Virus record (IMG/VR): IMGVR_UViG_3300010163_000018
Coordinates: 9,668 to 73,667 of that record
Reading direction: 5' to 3' (one strand)
DNA length: 64,000 bases
Source of the DNA: a virus
Lineage: Duplodnaviria > Caudoviricetes
In this document: positions 49,220 through 59,219 of the stretch, one piece after another
Layout of the letters: the number at the start of each line of letters is the position of its first letter
Position numbering within the stretch: position 1 is the stretch's first letter
The notes under the pieces: model-generated
Seen by the model: only the letters and a program-made list of their open reading frames with translations
Databases searched by the model: none
What the model was told of the DNA's origin: nothing
Position numbers and translations under genes: made by a program

Positions 49220-52200
49220 TTACCATGATTCACGAGGATGTTTGATCTTAGAACCTGTGATACGCATGTAATTTTCTTCCATTTTACCTTTAAGACGCAT
49301 ATATTCAAATTTCGTCTTAACATCTTCAAGTTTACTGGAATGATCCAGTTCACGTATCTTCTCATTAATGATTTTGAGCTCTGTTTCAAGCTCATGTTGC
49401 GCTTCCTTTTTGAGTCGCTGCTTGTCTGCAAGTTTGAGACCTTGGATACCAGCATATGCAGCAGCCAGATAAGGTTGTAATGTAAACAGGATACCAGTGG
49501 CTCCTAATTTCAGACCAACCCTTGCAGCTTTATATACTGACGAACGATAGCTCGGATTATCAAGAATCTCAGCTTTAACCTGATCTTCATCCCTTTTGAT
49601 AAGGGAATCGACCGTTTTAGTCAGCCATTGTTTGGTTCTGGTAATGGGCTTAAGTACAGCTCTACCGGTATTAGCAACTTTCTGCACACCTTTCTTACCC
49701 TTCTGCTGAAGAGCCAGGGTTTTACGGTCTGCATCCATTGCTTTTGTAAGTGTGTCCTCCTTAGGAGGTTTTCCAGCACCTTCTCCTTTTGACAGGGGCT
49801 CTTTGGATTCCAAGAACATAAACATCTCCTGAATGGTTTGTCCAGAGGATAGTTTCTGTTTACCGTCCTTTTGGGCGATGGACTCCTTAGTGTCAGCAGG
49901 TTCGTTGCTATTATTATTATTGTTAGAACCCTTGCCGATTCCCTTCTTACTTCCACCTTCATTATGTGAGGAATCGTAAGTGTTGTGATGGGAACTGTTA
50001 TTGTTGGAGTCTCTTGTGGTCTTTCCGGTGGAATGATCATCGATGGTTGTTGTCTTAGTATTGTTGGAGTCCTTATTAAAGGAATTGGTATAGTTGTTCG
50101 TTATGTTGACGACAATCTTTCCATCAGCATCTTTCTTGTTCGGATTGTTTTCAAATCCGGAACCGAGCATATCCCCAAGGGTGTCTCCATCAGTATCCAT
50201 TTTAGCATCAACCGAATCAGCAATGTCATCAATGGGATTTGTAGGAACCCCTTCAGGCAGCGATGTTGGAGTAACTGTTGTCCTGAGATCATCGGACATC
50301 TTAAATCGAGTCTTCATGTACTCAGGTATTTCGCCCTTCTCCTGTTCCATTATTACTTGGAAATCGTCAAGATCGATAATACCATACTCCTTGACATATT
50401 TCTGAATGAACTTCTGTCTCATTTTGCAGCCACGTCTTGCCTCGACCAATATTTCGCTCATGTCATCGAGCGCTTTTTCTGCGGCGTTTAACAGTGTTAC
50501 TGGATTTTGTTTAAGCAGTTCTTGTTTTGACTTGAGAAGCTTGCGATAATCACGAATCGATCTTCTAAGGTCGTCAAACATTTTATCAATGTTTGTGTCT
50601 GTTCCGGCACAATATTCCATAGGAGTCGTTCCTATTGATTTACAAGATTGATCAATCTCTTTCTTCAATTGATCATTGCTTTCTTTAATGGACTTTATTT
50701 TCTCGGAAAGACGTTCTGTTTGTTTTGTAAGAGCGTCCAAATCAGCAGGTGATAGACTCTTCATCTTTTTCTTTGCGATTTTTAATTCTTTACGGGCTTT
50801 TTCGTAGTCTTCTAATGCAAAATTTGAATCCAATAACGTCTTTTCATTATCTTTGTATAAATGATTAAGAGCATTGATCGCCGTTCTCTTGGATGTATGT
50901 TCTGCAGCATATTTATCAGCAACATATTCAGTTCGCTGACGATCATGTTCATTTAATTGATTATGCTGTTTGCTGTCTTTAATGAACTTCTTCGCAAGAG
51001 CTTCTTGACCCTTTGCCTTATCCTCATCATATGAAGGATGTGTTGGACAACCGGCCATAACATTGATATGGTCATATGCAATATGCCCTTCTTCGTGTTT
51101 TAAAGCAAAAGCAGATTTCCACTCTTTCTGCTTTAAAGCTTTACGAGTAATATGAATCTCATATTTGCTGGGGTCAATCTTGAAATTTCCGGTTTCTTTG
51201 TCAATAACATAATCACCATTGGGATCCCTGACAATCTGGTTTGTAACACAGGGTCCGTATATTTTAGCTATATCGTCATCGATCGAAAGTTTAACACGCA
51301 TCTTCTCCTTACCACCAGGAAGATCAATGTCAGTTTTGATTGTATCAGTTTTGGGATCATAATCAAACTTCTTGAGCGTTCTCTTGAAATGAGTTTGTTT
51401 ACTCTCCTGGAATACAAATGACTCTTGTGTTGTTTCGCCTTCATTAGAATCTTTCGGTTCTTCGTCAGGTGTAGCACTCTCAAGAGACTTGATGAAACCG
51501 AGCGAAGGTTCTATCCCAAGAATTTCCTTTGCAATAGATGCGACCTTACGGGTATCATTAGATTCCTTGATATTCTTACCGATCAAGGGATTCATCTTGA
51601 TTCCCTTAACAAGTTTGAGCATATCGTCAATCTTCTCTTGAAGATCTTTAAGAATTTCTACATCACTCGAATTGTACTTACCACAAGAACCACCTTTAGC
51701 AATATTAATATACTTTGCAGCCTGTTTAAGATTTCCCATTGTTTCGGACTTGAATATGTTTATACAAGCATTGTTCGTCCACTGTTTCTTCTTACTGAGG
51801 TCTTCGATTGTTTTCATGTCCCTCATAAGAAGTGAAATAGCAGTATTGAGTCTTTCGTTGTTGGTTTTGGTAGTTGCCTCTTGGAATACATAATCCGGGG
51901 AACCATCATAATATGCTTCTCTTACAAAAGATTCATCCTGGAGGAATTCAAGGTCGTCCTTCAGATCAACGATTCTTTTCGCAATAACAGCGATCTCTTT
52001 GACACGGGATTGAATCTTTGTATTATTGAACAGATTCATGTGTTTAGACCAGTTAACTGGGTTAACCCAAAACAGTTTAACACATGCCCACAAGTCACCA
52101 GTAAGATCATTCAAATGGGTCAACGTTTTAAGTTGCTCATTGGTAAAGTTACCACTCTTACCTTTGATGGCCTTCTTTGTCCATTTATAAACCTGCTTTA

Positions 52201-53929
52201 TATCAGTATGACCTTCAGTAGATCCAGTTACATTTGGGAGCAAGGATAACACCATACCAGCAGTTGTTTTGTAACGATGAACAAATGAATTGTTATTCCA
52301 ACGATGCTTCTTATCCATGTCAACGATCTTTTCCATCTCATCCATCAAAGCACTTACAGCCGTCTGAAGATTCTCACGCCTCTTTTCAACACTGGCTTCC
52401 TGGATAAGGTCCTCGAGCTGTTCATTGAGATCGTTAAATGATTCTCCGATATATGCATCGATAAGGAACGGTGACAGATTTGCATTGTACATCTTGTCAG
52501 AAATCGTTTCGATCTCTTTCTCAACAAGATAACCATACTGTTCACAATACATCATATCAGATATTGACATATCGCCGAAGGAACGTAATTCATCAATAAC
52601 AGATTCTGATACTGTTTTCGAAGTTTGTTTTGTGGTATCATTTGTATCGTTACCGGAACCATCATCATTTTTGTATGCTGCCTTGGTCCGAGAGTTCTTA
52701 TTGATTCTGCCTCTTACATCTTTAACGAATCGATCCTCATCATTAGTCGTACCTCCACGTACATTGTGGGCGATATCGAGATATATGCGTGAATCAAATA
52801 TATTGAAAATTGTAAGAAGTGTATTGTTTGAAATAGATGCATCGGGGTCATTGATGAGGTTAAGTTTGAAGAAGTCTTCAATGAACTTGATCGTTCCTTC
52901 CTTGTCTGATTTGAATGTAGAGAACAGATCATATTTCTCAAATCTCTTAGCACCTTTATTCTGTTTGAGAATTGATTCATATGACTTATGGTAGTCTTCA
53001 CACAAAACCGTATCAAACGGAAATTTCTTAGTATTATTGAAGACTTTCACGAGGATATATGGAACTATGTTTTCGTCCAATTTAATACGTGTCCAGAAAT
53101 AAAAGTCTTTACTAAAGAATTTAAGGAGATCTTCTGTTGTATCACATTTACGCAATTCCATAACCAAATCATCGGTAAATTTTTCAAACTCTTTAGATAT
53201 TACCCACTTCTTTGACTTTTCGTTGTACTTAATGTGTTCAGGTTTTGTCTTCTCGAAGTAATTCACTTCAGCAGCCTCTTGAACCGAGTCATCAACAAAT
53301 ATCTCAATGTCAACAAGATCCTGACGGTTGTATACTCTTTCAATCTCTTTTTCTTCATCCATGTCTTCAGGAAGAGAAATGAGATCATTTTTCATAATAC
53401 CATCAACATAGATTTTCTCATCAAAGATTCTCTCTTCGATATCCAGTTCAGGGATCTCATCAAATTTCAAGGGTTCCGAAAAAGTATTGAGAACGTCTGC
53501 AATCTCGGACGGTTTGACGAATGCATTGAACGTGTATATACCGTTGATGAATTTAGTGAAGTCCTCGAAATTGTCAGCAATATGCTGAAGCATCTTGAAA
53601 CCGACATATGAATCAATTGCTCCCGTGAGGGTATCATTATTTGAATTTACAATAGTCTCGTATACTCCATCAGCGGGATTAATATCCTGAATGGTGTCGT
53701 TAATCATCTGGATTACTGCATTCACTTTAGACTCGTCTTCAAGCCATGTAGGATCAACTGTTTCGAGTCGTGTCATTACTCTTTCAACAATCGGCTCAAG
53801 CTGATAGTCCTCGTCAAGAACAGGAAAGTTCCTGACTTTGAATCCCGATTGAATGAATTCATTTAAGCTGTTTATAGCAGTCTGAATACCGGTGAAGTAT
53901 TCATTTTTGATTATAATATTCTTGCTCAT
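49220..53929 (-). CDS. Large head protein / apparent polyprotein with duplicated domain and HEXXH zincin module
   Basis: VQE218, IQE511, FQE684, FQE842, VKE1181/IME1195, FLE1374; two homologous ~160-aa domains; HEEGH(945-949)...EYVAD(1001). Confidence 0.75.
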   Translation of the reverse strand: MSKNIIIKNEYFTGIQTAINSLNEFIQSGFKVRNFPVLDEDYQLEPIVERVMTRLETVDPTWLEDESKVNAVIQMINDTIQDINPADGVYETIVNSNNDTLTGAIDSYVGFKMLQHIADNFEDFTKFINGIYTFNAFVKPSEIADVLNTFSEPLKFDEIPELDIEERIFDEKIYVDGIMKNDLISLPEDMDEEKEIERVYNRQDLVDIEIFVDDSVQEAAEVNYFEKTKPEHIKYNEKSKKWVISKEFEKFTDDLVMELRKCDTTEDLLKFFSKDFYFWTRIKLDENIVPYILVKVFNNTKKFPFDTVLCEDYHKSYESILKQNKGAKRFEKYDLFSTFKSDKEGTIKFIEDFFKLNLINDPDASISNNTLLTIFNIFDSRIYLDIAHNVRGGTTNDEDRFVKDVRGRINKNSRTKAAYKNDDGSGNDTNDTTKQTSKTVSESVIDELRSFGDMSISDMMYCEQYGYLVEKEIETISDKMYNANLSPFLIDAYIGESFNDLNEQLEDLIQEASVEKRRENLQTAVSALMDEMEKIVDMDKKHRWNNNSFVHRYKTTAGMVLSLLPNVTGSTEGHTDIKQVYKWTKKAIKGKSGNFTNEQLKTLTHLNDLTGDLWACVKLFWVNPVNWSKHMNLFNNTKIQSRVKEIAVIAKRIVDLKDDLEFLQDESFVREAYYDGSPDYVFQEATTKTNNERLNTAISLLMRDMKTIEDLSKKKQWTNNACINIFKSETMGNLKQAAKYINIAKGGSCGKYNSSDVEILKDLQEKIDDMLKLVKGIKMNPLIGKNIKESNDTRKVASIAKEILGIEPSLGFIKSLESATPDEEPKDSNEGETTQESFVFQESKQTHFKRTLKKFDYDPKTDTIKTDIDLPGGKEKMRVKLSIDDDIAKIYGPCVTNQIVRDPNGDYVIDKETGNFKIDPSKYEIHITRKALKQKEWKSAFALKHEEGHIAYDHINVMAGCPTHPSYDEDKAKGQEALAKKFIKDSKQHNQLNEHDRQRTEYVADKYAAEHTSKRTAINALNHLYKDNEKTLLDSNFALEDYEKARKELKIAKKKMKSLSPADLDALTKQTERLSEKIKSIKESNDQLKKEIDQSCKSIGTTPMEYCAGTDTNIDKMFDDLRRSIRDYRKLLKSKQELLKQNPVTLLNAAEKALDDMSEILVEARRGCKMRQKFIQKYVKEYGIIDLDDFQVIMEQEKGEIPEYMKTRFKMSDDLRTTVTPTSLPEGVPTNPIDDIADSVDAKMDTDGDTLGDMLGSGFENNPNKKDADGKIVVNITNNYTNSFNKDSNNTKTTTIDDHSTGKTTRDSNNNSSHHNTYDSSHNEGGSKKGIGKGSNNNNNSNEPADTKESIAQKDGKQKLSSGQTIQEMFMFLESKEPLSKGEGAGKPPKEDTLTKAMDADRKTLALQQKGKKGVQKVANTGRAVLKPITRTKQWLTKTVDSLIKRDEDQVKAEILDNPSYRSSVYKAARVGLKLGATGILFTLQPYLAAAYAGIQGLKLADKQRLKKEAQHELETELKIINEKIRELDHSSKLEDVKTKFEYMRLKGKMEENYMRITGSKIKHPRESW

Positions 53930-53930
53930 A

Positions 53931-54773
53931 TTAGAAACCTCCCTCCATAATTATGGAAAGAGCTTCCTTACGAATATCCCCTCTTAACGGAACATGAATC
54001 TTGGACTTGCATTGTTCAAATACAATACTTCCGTTGTCAATACCCATAATCTCATCAGTCGAGAACTGGAAAGCTTCACACACAACCTGCATTGTCTCAT
54101 CCTTCTCGCAACAATACTTTGCCAGTTCCTTAAGGAATACAACAGAACCTTCCATATGTACTGCGGGTTTGATATCTGCTTCTGCACCATCATGCGATGG
54201 AAAGTCCACCATGTCAAACGTAATAACCTTTGACACACTCATATTAGGCTGAGTGGGTGATGCATTAGGAATCATGTTGCCAAGCAAACGAACCGAGAAA
54301 CAAGGTACGGCACCGATATCCATTATTTCAGAATTAACAGATCTACCATTCGCTGTAGCCGGATGCACAACAATATGAGCACGATAACGACTACCCTCAA
54401 GTCGAGGGCGGAATATAAAATGAGAAGAGAGTTCAGGTTCCGGAATAGTCATACGGATGTCTGTTAACTGTTCACCCTTAATGTCCGGATTGGGGTGGTT
54501 CCATTCACCACGCCATTGATTACGGCGAAGAAGATCGCGAATTCTTTCATCTGATGCAATTACAGTATCGATATTATTGCCATCATAACGACGATGCATT
54601 CTGTTATGAACACCAAACGTCATCATTGTTGAATCGAATTCACAGTATGGGAGTCCAGTAGCAGCCGACTTTTTCACAATGTACCCATTAGGAGACAATT
54701 CAGATGATACCGGAGATTCTTGAACAAAACATGCAGTCTCATACTTGTTTGTCTGTGTACTCTTTAAAGCCAT
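53931..54773 (-). CDS. Prohead maturation serine protease (T4 gp21 / phiKZ gp175 type)
   Basis: GEWNHP (H93), CFSVR (S160), TFDMVDFPSH (D187) match the gp21 triad pattern; self sites FVQE19 and HME208. Confidence 0.85.
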   Translation of the reverse strand: MALKSTQTNKYETACFVQESPVSSELSPNGYIVKKSAATGLPYCEFDSTMMTFGVHNRMHRRYDGNNIDTVIASDERIRDLLRRNQWRGEWNHPNPDIKGEQLTDIRMTIPEPELSSHFIFRPRLEGSRYRAHIVVHPATANGRSVNSEIMDIGAVPCFSVRLLGNMIPNASPTQPNMSVSKVITFDMVDFPSHDGAEADIKPAVHMEGSVVFLKELAKYCCEKDETMQVVCEAFQFSTDEIMGIDNGSIVFEQCKSKIHVPLRGDIRKEALSIIMEGGF

Positions 54774-54815
54774 AACACATCTATTCCTTTCATAAAATTT
54801 TCAGTATAATAAATA

Positions 54816-54843
54816 ATTGGGTGACCCATATGGGTCACCCAAT
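54816..54843. terminator. 28-bp perfect palindrome, terminator-like
   Basis: ATTGGGTGACCCATATGGGTCACCCAAT. Confidence 0.7.
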
Positions 54844-54867
54844 ATCATTGGATTGTTTATATGTCGG

Positions 54868-56472
54868 TCACATATTGTACCATGACGAAGAAGTTCCTGT
54901 TGTTTCATCGTCATAATCATCGTCGTCATTGATATCAAAATATGACTCAAGAATGATCTTGCCATCCTTACCAACATTCACACTCTTAATTCCGGGAACA
55001 ATATCTTTACCATTGTTGCCGTAGCTGTTTGCTTTGACAAATTTCTCGTTACCGTCCTTAGAAGTTACCAGTTTGCCGTCTTTAACTGACCAGCTTTTGT
55101 ATTTACCAGTACTCTGGAGGAGTTTAAGAGCTTCGTCTGCAGATACTTCGTCTCCGGATTTATATGACTTCTTTGTATCAGATGAACCGGCGTCACCATT
55201 ATTATCATCAGAGTGTTTAGTTTCATTACCGAAGTCCTTTGCATCTTCTTCCGCTGAAGCGCTCAGATCATCGGTTGCAGGTTGGTCGGCGTCACCTTTT
55301 GATACGCCGTAATCGAGCAGTTTATCCAATTCACCTTCGCTGTTAAAGATATTTTTAACGTGGTTAAAAGCACCTTTGACCAAATCATTGACAGTCGTTG
55401 TGATAAACGATCCCACATTGTTAGTTGCCGTCTGCAGCTGGTTCATTTTTTGCTGGATGGGACCCATTGAAGCAGCCATATTTTTAATTTCTTCGTCTGC
55501 AAATTTTATGTCCCATTTAGTAGCATCACATTCAGGATTCTTCATGACAATATCAATAGCATCACTGGTACCTTTGATAGCTTCATAGATTTCCATCGCA
55601 GTATACTCAGCCGCCTCTGTGGTTACGATCTCATCCGCAGGAATATTCGCAATTGCGTCATACGCTTTGAGAGCAGCATCAACCGAAGCCTCAACTTCAG
55701 GGACCTTTGCAGTCGCTACTTCGGCATTCTTAATTTGCTGACGCCATTGTTTGTTGTACAACTTAATTTCTTTGATCCTCTTGAAATATTCCGGAATCGC
55801 TTTGATTGCCTCGATAATCTTTTTAAAGCCGACGTTGGTTTTGAATTTATTTCCAACAGTTATCTCGAAAATAACCTTTCGACCTTTCAATCCAGACTCC
55901 AGATTTCTGAAGATCTTCTTGAACTTGTCGATTATAGCCTGAAACATTCCTGTCAATTTGTCTCTGTTGATAAAACCAACGAAACCGAGAACAGCAGTAA
56001 GCGCAGCAGCACTACCAATACCAAGTTCCTTAGCATGCTCCTTTACCCATGACTCATCCTTACCGAGAACCTTGTTAACAAAGCCAACGAATGAATTAGA
56101 AACATCTTTAACTTTATTAACAGCCTGTAGTGCCGCAGGTTCGATCTCACCCTTCCAAGCCTGCTTTATGAAAACCCATATCTTTTTAATAAGATTGACA
56201 GGGAACATCAATATCCTGTACCAGAGTTTGTCTGCATGGGGTGACTTCTTTGCATTAGCATCTGATCCGGAGGGATCACCATCAGCAACTTCTGCTTCCT
56301 GGAATATAGAGAACATGTCGAGATCTTCACCGGAATAATTCTCCATAATAGTTACTGCCTTGTCATATGATGCTGATAACGCATCAAATACGGACATCTC
56401 GGATTCCATAACGGTATTGTTTATACCATTAATAGAACTGAGCACTTCATCACGTAATGTTGTATTGTTCAT
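54868..56472 (-). CDS. Leader-bearing internal head (ejection-type) protein
   Basis: Leader ending FSIFQE59-A; amphipathic helix; hydrophobic LGIGSAAALTAVLGFVGFIN; C-terminal IILES plus acidic tail. Confidence 0.75.
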   Translation of the reverse strand: MNNTTLRDEVLSSINGINNTVMESEMSVFDALSASYDKAVTIMENYSGEDLDMFSIFQEAEVADGDPSGSDANAKKSPHADKLWYRILMFPVNLIKKIWVFIKQAWKGEIEPAALQAVNKVKDVSNSFVGFVNKVLGKDESWVKEHAKELGIGSAAALTAVLGFVGFINRDKLTGMFQAIIDKFKKIFRNLESGLKGRKVIFEITVGNKFKTNVGFKKIIEAIKAIPEYFKRIKEIKLYNKQWRQQIKNAEVATAKVPEVEASVDAALKAYDAIANIPADEIVTTEAAEYTAMEIYEAIKGTSDAIDIVMKNPECDATKWDIKFADEEIKNMAASMGPIQQKMNQLQTATNNVGSFITTTVNDLVKGAFNHVKNIFNSEGELDKLLDYGVSKGDADQPATDDLSASAEEDAKDFGNETKHSDDNNGDAGSSDTKKSYKSGDEVSADEALKLLQSTGKYKSWSVKDGKLVTSKDGNEKFVKANSYGNNGKDIVPGIKSVNVGKDGKIILESYFDINDDDDYDDETTGTSSSWYNM

Positions 56473-56537
56473 AGTAAATACTTCCTTTCACAGTAAATTT
56501 GATTTGTTAATCATTATATAAACGTCAAACAAATACA

Positions 56538-57985
56538 TCATTCTTTGTCGTCAGATACATCTCCAACTCCAAATGAATCAGACATCTGGGCAACTGAATC
56601 GATGTACTCATTGACAGCATCAATAGAATTTGTTATTTGCAACTGAGTTTCAAATATTCCACGCAATGTTTGAGAAATATCTTTTTCAACAGGGAAGAAC
56701 TTATCCGTTCTGGAATCGTTCTCAATTCGCTTTTCATAAATATCACTCAACTGCTTTGACTTTTCACACAGTTTTGCTAACTTGATAGCAAACGTTTCTG
56801 CTTGTTTTCCAAATTCTTCTATCGGTTGATATTTTTGTTTGGTATTGGTCTTCTTCGTGAGTGACTGCAGATGTTTGACATAGTTGTTCAAAACTTCAGC
56901 AGCATCAGGACCATTGAATATTATTTTATTTCCTGTGTCATGTTCCCTCTGGGCATCTATGAGAACACCTGTCCTCTTGGCCTTATCATCAACGATGTTC
57001 CGCTTTAATTCTCCTTTTTCGAATTTATAAGCGATGAATTTCGCAGACTGAACAACAAACGATATCGATGCATCGATCCAATTCATCCACATGTCCAAAT
57101 CAAGAGTGACATATAATGTACCAGTCTTAACATCTATTTTACACAGAACCTTTTCTTCAGGTGTTTGCTCATACTTCAGCAGGTGTATGTTAAAGAATTT
57201 CTTGATCGCATTATATAATTTGCTGATAAAATCTATCGCCTTCTCCATCGCTTTTTTACAAGCGTTGGCAACAGCTTCAATTTTTTCTGCTGCTTTATCA
57301 GCAGCGTCAGCAACTTTAGAACCCACTTCACGCATAGGATCTAATACAGTTTCATCAATCTTCTTGAGAATTCGACCACTGTATTCCGAAACTTTTTGCT
57401 GAATTAATTCTTTTTTATTATTTATGAAATATGCTGTTCCACCAATAACAATTGCTCCACCACCAGCTTTAAGACCAAGTCTCATAAGCTTCTCCCTAAA
57501 ATCAGCCCTTTTCAGTTCTTTTCGGATAATTTCCTTCATTTGTTTTGCGTCCACGTTCTGATCCATGATTGTGTAAAACAGTTCAATCTCACCGGGGGGA
57601 CATTTGAGACAAATCAGTATTTATCTTTTTTGCCTGTTTTTGAATCTTTTTAAGCTTTTTCTCTTGAAGCTTAATCGCATGGACTTCTTGAACATGAGCT
57701 ATTAGTCTTGGAATTAGTTTAATAATGCTCTTCAAGATACTCTCTTTAGCACCCGTCTTTTTATCATTTTGCCTAAACTGGAATTTTGGTTTGCCTTCGG
57801 ATACCCCCCCCCTGTGAAGGTATCGTTTGATGTGCCTCTTGGAATATCTGGAACGAGTCTATGTCTTCACCATCATAGTTTTCAAGAATACATAACGCTT
57901 TATCATACGAATTAAATAGTGCTTCTAAAACGTCATATTCACATTCAAGACACGTCTCACTGATACATTCTAATTGTGTCATCAT
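56538..57985 (-). pseudogene. Leader-bearing head-protein paralog interrupted at G9 and C6 tracts (fragments 57773-57985 and 56538-57566)
   Basis: Removing one base from each run gives one 481-aa frame containing KESILKSIIKLIPRLI, homologous to ENILTKIIKFIPRLI of the 25672 gene. Confidence 0.75.
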
Positions 57986-58006
57986 ATGCTAAATCTCACC
58001 CCTCAT

Positions 58007-59200
58007 TTATTTTACATCATTTATACGATACATGATATATGTGGCAACTAAACATATATACGCCTTAACTATGCTTGAATCTACCTTATACTTTTCTGAC
58101 ATAACCAATATAATTGGCTTACCTGCTATGGCCCTGTCAATGGCAGTAGGTAAATTCGTTATTCGAGAAATATATTTAGTAGAATTAATGTCTTCAATAG
58201 AATTTCCCTCTTTTACAATGAATACATAGAATATTGTATCAATGATTCTACCAAGATCCCTGTCATCCACAACTTGGGCAAAGTTGTATAGACTGTCAAC
58301 CTTGACATTTTTTAACCGGGCAATTCCGCTATATAAATTTCCCTTGCTTCGGTATAATTGATCCCCGTCATTTATTCGTCGGACAAGACTTTCTCTGATC
58401 TTGATCGTGTTGTTCGTTTCCAAATATTCATCAGAAGAATCAACATCACCACCAACAAGATTACCATTATCCATATTCGAATAATATTGATTTGCCAATA
58501 ATCGGAGGTTCTGCTGGAATGATGTTCTAACCCGATTCAAAAATTGTACAAGAACATTCGGTGAAACATCCAAATCCAAACGTGTTCTCCAAAACCCATA
58601 TGCAGTTTCGATAGTACTGCCTATCCAATTTATTACATTCTCAGATTTTACCAAGTTCCATGAATTATCAAGATTCATATAAACATATGCCATCGTAGAT
58701 TCTATTGGATGTGGTGGATGGAAAAAATGATTGAATACGTTGTTATATACCGACAGACCCATTTGCTGCCTTGCGGAGTCACGTAATTGACGATGTTGGA
58801 CCATATCGGAATATATAAGAACAATCGAATGGATAACATTTGTAGGATTGGCAACAATCGTTTGGAAAGACGTCTTATCATTAACTGTCTTAAGAATCGT
58901 CTTGACAGTCTCCTTAAAGGTTTTCTGTTCGAAACCAAACATCTTGAAAATGTTATCAACATACATTCGTGGGAATGATACTGCCTTAGTAGGGAATTCT
59001 TTAGATAACATCTCGGAATTTGCTTCAAGGAATTCATTACCATATCTTATGTATTCGGCTCGTTTCTTCGGATGTTCCATAACGCTAATTATCGGATCGA
59101 TTATTGAAGTTTTAAGGGGAGAATCATTGGTATCATTATAAGCTTCCACAAATACGGAAGCCTCTTCTTCTGTAAAAGCTTCTTCTTGAAAGAAAAACAT
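58007..59200 (-). CDS. Probable virion protein with short FFFQE/FVEA leader, function unknown
   Basis: 397 aa; begins MFFFQEEAFTEEEASVFVEAYN; SD GGAGG. Confidence 0.65.
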   Translation of the reverse strand: MFFFQEEAFTEEEASVFVEAYNDTNDSPLKTSIIDPIISVMEHPKKRAEYIRYGNEFLEANSEMLSKEFPTKAVSFPRMYVDNIFKMFGFEQKTFKETVKTILKTVNDKTSFQTIVANPTNVIHSIVLIYSDMVQHRQLRDSARQQMGLSVYNNVFNHFFHPPHPIESTMAYVYMNLDNSWNLVKSENVINWIGSTIETAYGFWRTRLDLDVSPNVLVQFLNRVRTSFQQNLRLLANQYYSNMDNGNLVGGDVDSSDEYLETNNTIKIRESLVRRINDGDQLYRSKGNLYSGIARLKNVKVDSLYNFAQVVDDRDLGRIIDTIFYVFIVKEGNSIEDINSTKYISRITNLPTAIDRAIAGKPIILVMSEKYKVDSSIVKAYICLVATYIMYRINDVK

Positions 59201-59219
59201 CCAATACCTCCCTAACTAA

